Assembly (NCBI RefSeq): GCF_035285525.1
Contig: NZ_JAYKGW010000008.1
Span: 1-20,792 of the forward strand
From: Okeania sp.
Lineage (GTDB): Bacteria > Cyanobacteriota > Cyanobacteriia > Cyanobacteriales > Microcoleaceae
Direction: 5' to 3'
DNA length: 20,792 bases
The notes beneath the pieces were generated by a model. That model ran no database searches. It worked only from the letters and a program-made list of their open reading frames with translations, and was not told where the DNA came from. How positions within the stretch are numbered: position 1 is the stretch's first letter; every line of letters begins with the position of its first letter. Below are positions 16,579 through 20,792 of the stretch, piece by piece. Both the position numbers and the translations under genes were made by a program.

Positions 16579-17685
16579 CTAATTTTTTAAGAATACTAAA
16601 GAACTATATAATTGGAAAGCTGAATCCCACATTGTTTCAACTTTACGCGGAATATCAACGTGAGACTTAAGACGACTTAATAATTGAGTATAATCTCTAC
16701 TTGTTACTTCTCCAAAAGCAGTAAAATCAGACCAAACTTGCACTTTATCTAATCTTTGATCAATTATATTTACTAAGTTATTCCATTTACTTCTATTAGT
16801 AATTTGTGGTATTAATAGGGATTGTTCTTCAGTTTCAATAGTAAAACCAATTCCTTTTTGATATTGATAACTTTGGTCGCAAAATCTAATAATACTACCG
16901 CGACTAGGCAAATGTAAATCTAATATATTTGCATAATCTTGAGTCATTTTCTTATGCCTAATTTTTTGGGAACGTCGTCGAGGATCGTAATCCATTGCAT
17001 CCATAAAAATAGGCAATAATCCTTCAACTTTTACTGCTATTTCTGACCAATTAAAATTTAAACTTCCCATCTGTTCTTGCTCATTTAAGCAAACAATATT
17101 TGCTTCAGGAGAAATAGATTCAAAATATTGAACTCTAAAAATATGTATCTTTTTAATATCTGATATTTTTGCCCAAAATACAGGAATATTTGCTTGCAGC
17201 ATTTCTTCACCATAAACTTTTAATTCTCCTATTGCTCCTATTCGATAAATTCTCCAACCTCTATTTTGTAATTGCATTTTCGCAGAGTAAGGATCGATTT
17301 TCATAATTCTTGCGAAATTATTGATAGCTTCCTGTTTATTTTCTTGATTAATTGGTTCAATAATCAGTAATCCTGGTTCTGTGTTTTCCGGATTAGATTT
17401 AGCCACAGCGATCGCTTGTTGTTGACGATTTTTTTCGATATTTTCTATTCTTTGTAAACCTTGACGTGCTTTTATAACTACTTGTGGGTTAGTTGCATCT
17501 TTGAGCAATTTTCGATAAAATTTTTCTGCTAATTTTAAATTATTTGTTTCTTCGCACCACTGCCCAATATATAATTGTATCAACAAATTTTCAGGATGTT
17601 CTTTTTGCAATTTTCTGAGTAGTTTGCCTGCTTGTTGATATTTTTTTTCTTCTAACAGAGTCACAACTTCTTTAATTTCTTTCAT
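16579..17685 (-). CDS. TPR-containing protein with uncharacterised C-terminal ~260 aa
   Basis: The N-terminal ~85 aa have TPR-like helical pairs (KYQQAGKLLRKLQKEHPENLLIQLYIGQWCEETNNLKLAEKFYRKLLKD). I recognise no motif in the remainder. 368 aa. Confidence 0.65.
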   Translation of the reverse strand: MKEIKEVVTLLEEKKYQQAGKLLRKLQKEHPENLLIQLYIGQWCEETNNLKLAEKFYRKLLKDATNPQVVIKARQGLQRIENIEKNRQQQAIAVAKSNPENTEPGLLIIEPINQENKQEAINNFARIMKIDPYSAKMQLQNRGWRIYRIGAIGELKVYGEEMLQANIPVFWAKISDIKKIHIFRVQYFESISPEANIVCLNEQEQMGSLNFNWSEIAVKVEGLLPIFMDAMDYDPRRRSQKIRHKKMTQDYANILDLHLPSRGSIIRFCDQSYQYQKGIGFTIETEEQSLLIPQITNRSKWNNLVNIIDQRLDKVQVWSDFTAFGEVTSRDYTQLLSRLKSHVDIPRKVETMWDSAFQLYSSLVFLKN

Positions 17686-17756
17686 ATATAATCTTCCTAT
17701 TTAAGCTGACAAAAATATTTCGGTAACAGGGAACGGTCATTTCAATTATCAGTTAT

Positions 17757-17864
17757 CAGTTATCAGTAGAGACTAAATCTCTTACTAAAGTCAGAGGCTT
17801 CAAATACTGAGTTAAATATTTTTTCATCCCTTTTAAGGGTGAGGCTTTATACCTTATTTTTTGG
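17757..17864 (-). repeat. ~110-bp dispersed element, copy in - orientation
   Basis: Its reverse complement reads AGGTATAAAGCCTC-ACCCTTAAAAGGG-ATGAAAAAATATTTAACTCAGTATTTGAAGCCTC-TGACTTTAGTAAGAG...TCTCTACTGATAACTGA and matches 15191-15288. Confidence 0.85.
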
Positions 17865-18777
17865 TAAAAAAATAATTTTAAGTTTCCTATTTAGGGCTTA
17901 CATTTAAAAGTTTGATGATTAATTTAGGAAATAGGGAACACTTTTAACTATCTGCTACGGCAAAATTTTAGGCATTGTTAGAATCAAAAATTTACCATTT
18001 TGAAACAACGTTTTAATAGCTAAAAATTAGGTACTTTTTTCCACATCAAAAGGCTAAATCTTTTATCTCTCAATCTTTTGATATTTCCATACGCAAGCCC
18101 TATTTATCAAATAAATTACAGAATCCATCAATTATAAATACTACTAATTTACTCCTTTTTCCTAATTAATTCAGTATTCCCTATTTCCTGTTCTCTGTGT
18201 AGTTAATGTAACAATATTTTATGAAATTGGTATAAAAAATATCTATATAAATTAAAGTTATAATAATTTGCCAAATATATTTATAATTTAAACTTAATTT
18301 TCCCAAAAAAGTTGAAAGTAGCTCTTTAGACGAAAAAATGGGGGAATTTAGATGCGATCGCGCTTTTTTTAGTCATTTACTCAAAGTCTTGATATGCAAG
18401 AAATACAAGGTGGTTGCAAAGAAACAATTTTTCGTGTATTTTGGAAGTAAGTGATTCGCTCTGCGCAGGTGCTTAATAAAATGAAAAAGAGAATTTATGA
18501 ATAGAAGTGCGATCGTGTAGCGGAACATAGATAATTGATAATATCATGTTCGTTGGTATCGGAGCGTGTAAAAAGTTAGGAAAATATCTACCTCCTGCAA
18601 GGTTTTTCCAACTCTAACAACTCTTTACTTCTTCCTTTTTCCTTACCTTCAATTTATACAATACCGATGCTACCGGACATAATATAATAGAAATCTGCTG
18701 ATTAAATAAAAAGATTGACATTCTTAACACCCCATCCCCCTATCTTTCCACCTAATTTTATAGTTTTCAAATGAGTT

Positions 18778-19539
18778 CTATATATTTCTTCTTTCTAACA
18801 CAGAATTAACAATAGATAATGCAACTAAAGGAGCAGTAACCGCTCTAAGGATACGCTTACCAAGAGAAACAGCTTGAAAACCCGTAGCGATCGCTGCTTC
18901 TATTTCCTCATTAGTCCAACCTCCCTCCGGACCCGTAGCAATTACAATTGATTCTTGTTTTCGATTATCCAATAAACTCTCCAGCAAAAGGGAATAACTA
19001 TTACGAGCCACACATATATATCTATCACAATTAGTCGATAAATTTTGACTTTCAAATAATGCTAAAGTAGCAAAATATTCTCCAACATCTCTAATTCTTG
19101 GAACTACTTGACGTTCTGACTGTTCAGCAGCTTCAGTAGCAATTTTCTCCCACCTTCTTAACCTTTGCGGACTAGGTTTAAGCAAAGTTCTAGAACTAAT
19201 AACTGGAAAAAATTCAGTAACTCCCAACTCCGTACTTTGCCGCACAACCTCATCAAAACTATTACCTTTAGGCAAAGCACAAATTAAAATCAAATCTATT
19301 GGTAATTCATTTTGAATCGAAATTTCTGCTTCTAAAATAGCAATTAAACCACTCTTTCCAGAAACATCTAGTGAAAGTTTAGCTAACCACCATTTACCCT
19401 CACCATCCATGACAATAAATTTTTCTCCCACTCCTAAACGTAACACTCGTCCTAAATAACGCTGTTGTTCAACAGTTAAAAAAACCTTCTGTTTATCAAT
19501 TTGGTGGGAAGCGATCGCTAATCTTTGTAAATCAGCCAT
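18778..19539 (-). CDS. rsmE: 16S rRNA (uracil1498-N3)-methyltransferase
   Basis: The N-terminal PUA-like region (QRLAIASHQI...EQQRYLGRVLRL) and the C-terminal SPOUT block IATGPEGGWTNEEIE...VSLGKRILRAVTAP are typical of RsmE. 253 aa. Confidence 0.9.
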   Translation of the reverse strand: MADLQRLAIASHQIDKQKVFLTVEQQRYLGRVLRLGVGEKFIVMDGEGKWWLAKLSLDVSGKSGLIAILEAEISIQNELPIDLILICALPKGNSFDEVVRQSTELGVTEFFPVISSRTLLKPSPQRLRRWEKIATEAAEQSERQVVPRIRDVGEYFATLALFESQNLSTNCDRYICVARNSYSLLLESLLDNRKQESIVIATGPEGGWTNEEIEAAIATGFQAVSLGKRILRAVTAPLVALSIVNSVLERRNI

Positions 19540-19552
19540 TTTAGAGAATATT

Positions 19553-19847
19553 TAGGGTTTTCTGAAAAACTCTTTTTGCCCTTGAAGGGAGTAGGGAGTA
19601 GTAGGGACCTTGAATGGAACTTCCGTACAGAGTCAAGAGGAATAAGGAGTTGTAGAGGATGTACACGGTTCCCGATAAATCGGATATTTTATCCCTTGAC
19701 CTTAGTCCTCCTATCCTAATCAAATACTCACTTTTTTTGCCAAAAGGGGCGAAAATATGGTGCTTTTACGGTTCCCGATAAATCACGACCAATAAAGGCT
19801 AAAACTTTAGAATGTCAATACTTCTATAAATAATTCAGAAAACCCTA
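19553..19847. repeat. 295-bp element bounded by 14-bp inverted termini TAGGGTTTTCTGAA / TTCAGAAAACCCTA
   Basis: Termini at 19553-19566 and 19834-19847 are exact reverse complements. Inside are two (C/T)ACGGTTCCCGATAAATC boxes (19664-19683 and 19765-19784) and a GTAGGGACCTTGAATGGAACTTCCGTAC hairpin. A further left-end copy follows at 19850-19863. The left terminus is 13 nt from the rsmE start codon. Confidence 0.7.
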
Positions 19848-19873
19848 TTTAGGGTTTTCTGAAAAAGTCTTTT

Positions 19874-20053
19874 GTAAGCATTTAGCCGTCAGCTATAAGC
19901 TATCAATTTCTAATACAAATCTACATTTCCCACCACACAATTAATTATATGGTTTGACGACTCAAACCTTCGTTTTTATACTTCAATTCTCTAGTCAAAC
20001 ATATGCTAGAAATTCAAAAGCTGTTTGTGCAGGGTTCCGCAGGAAATGCTTAC
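19874..20053. repeat. 180-bp MITE-like repeat, GTAAGCATT family
   Basis: Left end GTAAGCATTTAGCCGTCAGCT and right end GCTGTTTGTGCAGGGTTCCGCAGGAAATGCTTAC match the two ends of the 77-bp copy at 5159-5235. The middle ~100 bp is absent from that copy. Confidence 0.7.
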
Positions 20054-20187
20054 AGTATTTTTCAGGTTGTGGGGAGTATTTTTTTGCCAAACTTATGCTC
20101 AAAATACTAACTTTAGGAATAGCTAAATGCTTAAGTTAAATTTGCCACACAACTTTCAATTATAAGAAAATCATAGATTTTTTTATT

Positions 20188-20219
20188 AAACGGAAATAGT
20201 AACAGAACTATTTCCGTTT
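20188..20219 (+). terminator. Strong hairpin with a U-rich tail on the + strand
   Basis: 12-bp perfect stem AAACGGAAATAG (20188-20199) / CTATTTCCGTTT (20208-20219), 8-nt loop, then ATTTGTTCCTTTTGAATTTTC. On the minus strand the tail is A-rich, so it is a weaker terminator for the 20325-20792 gene. Confidence 0.45.
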
Positions 20220-20324
20220 ATTTGTTCCTTTTGAATTTTCTTTGTGAGTAACTTTATACTATGATAATACTCCTCAGCATTCCTAATTTTATTTTTTCTA
20301 GTTAATACAGCTAATTTTATTCAA

Positions 20325-20792
20325 CTAAAAATTAGTTTCATCAGTAGTAGTTAAACTTTCATTTCTTCTTATTTTTTCCAAGTATTCTGCTATTGCTTCA
20401 GTTGCTAATTGAACTACTGGTTTACCCTGACGCTTAGATTCTTCTTTTAGCTTAGTATAAATTTCATCCCTCACACTAACCCGATGTCGCATTTTGCTAG
20501 TATCTTTAGGTTTCTCAGCAGGAGCTACTGGTTGACTTACCTCTTGATTTACAGGTACAGGTGTCAGAGCTACTGGTTGACTTACCTCTTGACTTACCAC
20601 TACTGGTGCTGTCGGAGCTACTGGTTGACTTACCCCTTGACTTACAGGTACAGGTGCTGTCGGAGCTACTGGTTGACTTACCCCTTGATTTACAGGTACA
20701 GGTGTCGGAACTACTGGTTGACTTACCCCTTGATTTACAGGTACAGGTGTCGGAACTACTGGTTGACTTACCCCTTGATTTACAGGTACAGG
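20325..20792 (-). CDS. Ribbon-helix-helix (CopG/Arc/ParG-like) protein with a P/V/Q/S-rich tandem-repeat N-terminal region, partial (5' end beyond the right edge)
   Basis: The track starts this ORF at GTG 20600. The same frame stays open to 20792 (PVPVNQGVSQPVVPT repeated), so the gene is 5'-truncated by the window. The C-terminus HRVSVRDEIYTKLKEESKRQGKPVVQLATEAIAEYLEKI has the beta-strand / helix / helix pattern of RHH DNA-binding domains. Confidence 0.7.
   Translation of the reverse strand, partial: PVPVNQGVSQPVVPTPVPVNQGVSQPVVPTPVPVNQGVSQPVAPTAPVPVSQGVSQPVAPTAPVVVSQEVSQPVALTPVPVNQEVSQPVAPAEKPKDTSKMRHRVSVRDEIYTKLKEESKRQGKPVVQLATEAIAEYLEKIRRNESLTTTDETNF
20525..20792. repeat. In-frame 45/48-bp tandem repeats (at least 6 units) inside the RHH gene
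   Basis: Unit boundaries at 20525, 20570, 20618, 20666, 20711 and 20756. The units at 20666-20710 and 20711-20755 and the truncated unit at 20756-20792 are identical. Inner units carry substitutions and a 3-bp length difference. Confidence 0.9.

Noticed and set aside
18330-18780. Small ORFs in the 1.1-kb gap, for example a 35-codon minus-strand frame from the ATG at 18720-18718 and an 18-codon plus-strand frame at 18394.
   Set aside because: They are short, have no ribosome-binding sites and no recognisable motifs, and are expected by chance in this composition.
1-20792. tRNA, rRNA, tmRNA or RNase P genes.
   Set aside because: I scanned by eye for T-loop-like GGTTCGAATCC / GGTTCAAATCC motifs and their complements, and for rRNA-like conserved blocks. 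None was found. This is a visual scan only; tRNAscan or Rfam would be definitive.

Overview
Visibly AT-rich chromosomal segment that looks like a filamentous, Nostocales-type cyanobacterium. I counted ten perfect HIP1 octamers (GCGATCGC) by eye, and almost every intergenic spacer is built from heptamer-periodic STRR-type repeats and small hairpin or MITE-like elements. I support 18 protein-coding loci. Two of them run off the window edges, so one is absent from the ORF track and the other appears there only in truncated form; a third is a frameshifted pseudogene. Most are ordinary housekeeping or accessory enzymes: Tat-signal flavin amine oxidase, two alpha/beta hydrolases, GIY-YIG protein, exonuclease III, nitroreductase, SAM methyltransferase, parvulin-type PPIase, DUF92 membrane protein, VOC protein and RsmE. 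The rest are lineage-specific hypotheticals. I found no tRNA, rRNA, CRISPR array, transposase, integrase, reverse transcriptase or recognisable defence enzymology, and I cannot point to a convincing novel multi-gene system. Four things deserve a second look. (1) A repeat family with GTAAGCATT termini, including a filled versus empty site preserved inside a local tandem duplication. (2) 15-bp perfect inverted repeats (ATTAGGGTTTGCTGA) enclosing a frameshifted Uma2 gene, with near-identical termini bounding a 295-bp element that abuts the rsmE start. (3) A ~110-bp element, with hairpins that differ in sequence but stay pairable, sitting in the same relative orientation upstream of two convergent uncharacterised genes. 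(4) A ribbon-helix-helix protein whose N-terminal part is an array of 45/48-bp in-frame tandem repeats that runs off the right edge. All family assignments come from motif recognition by eye, not from searches.
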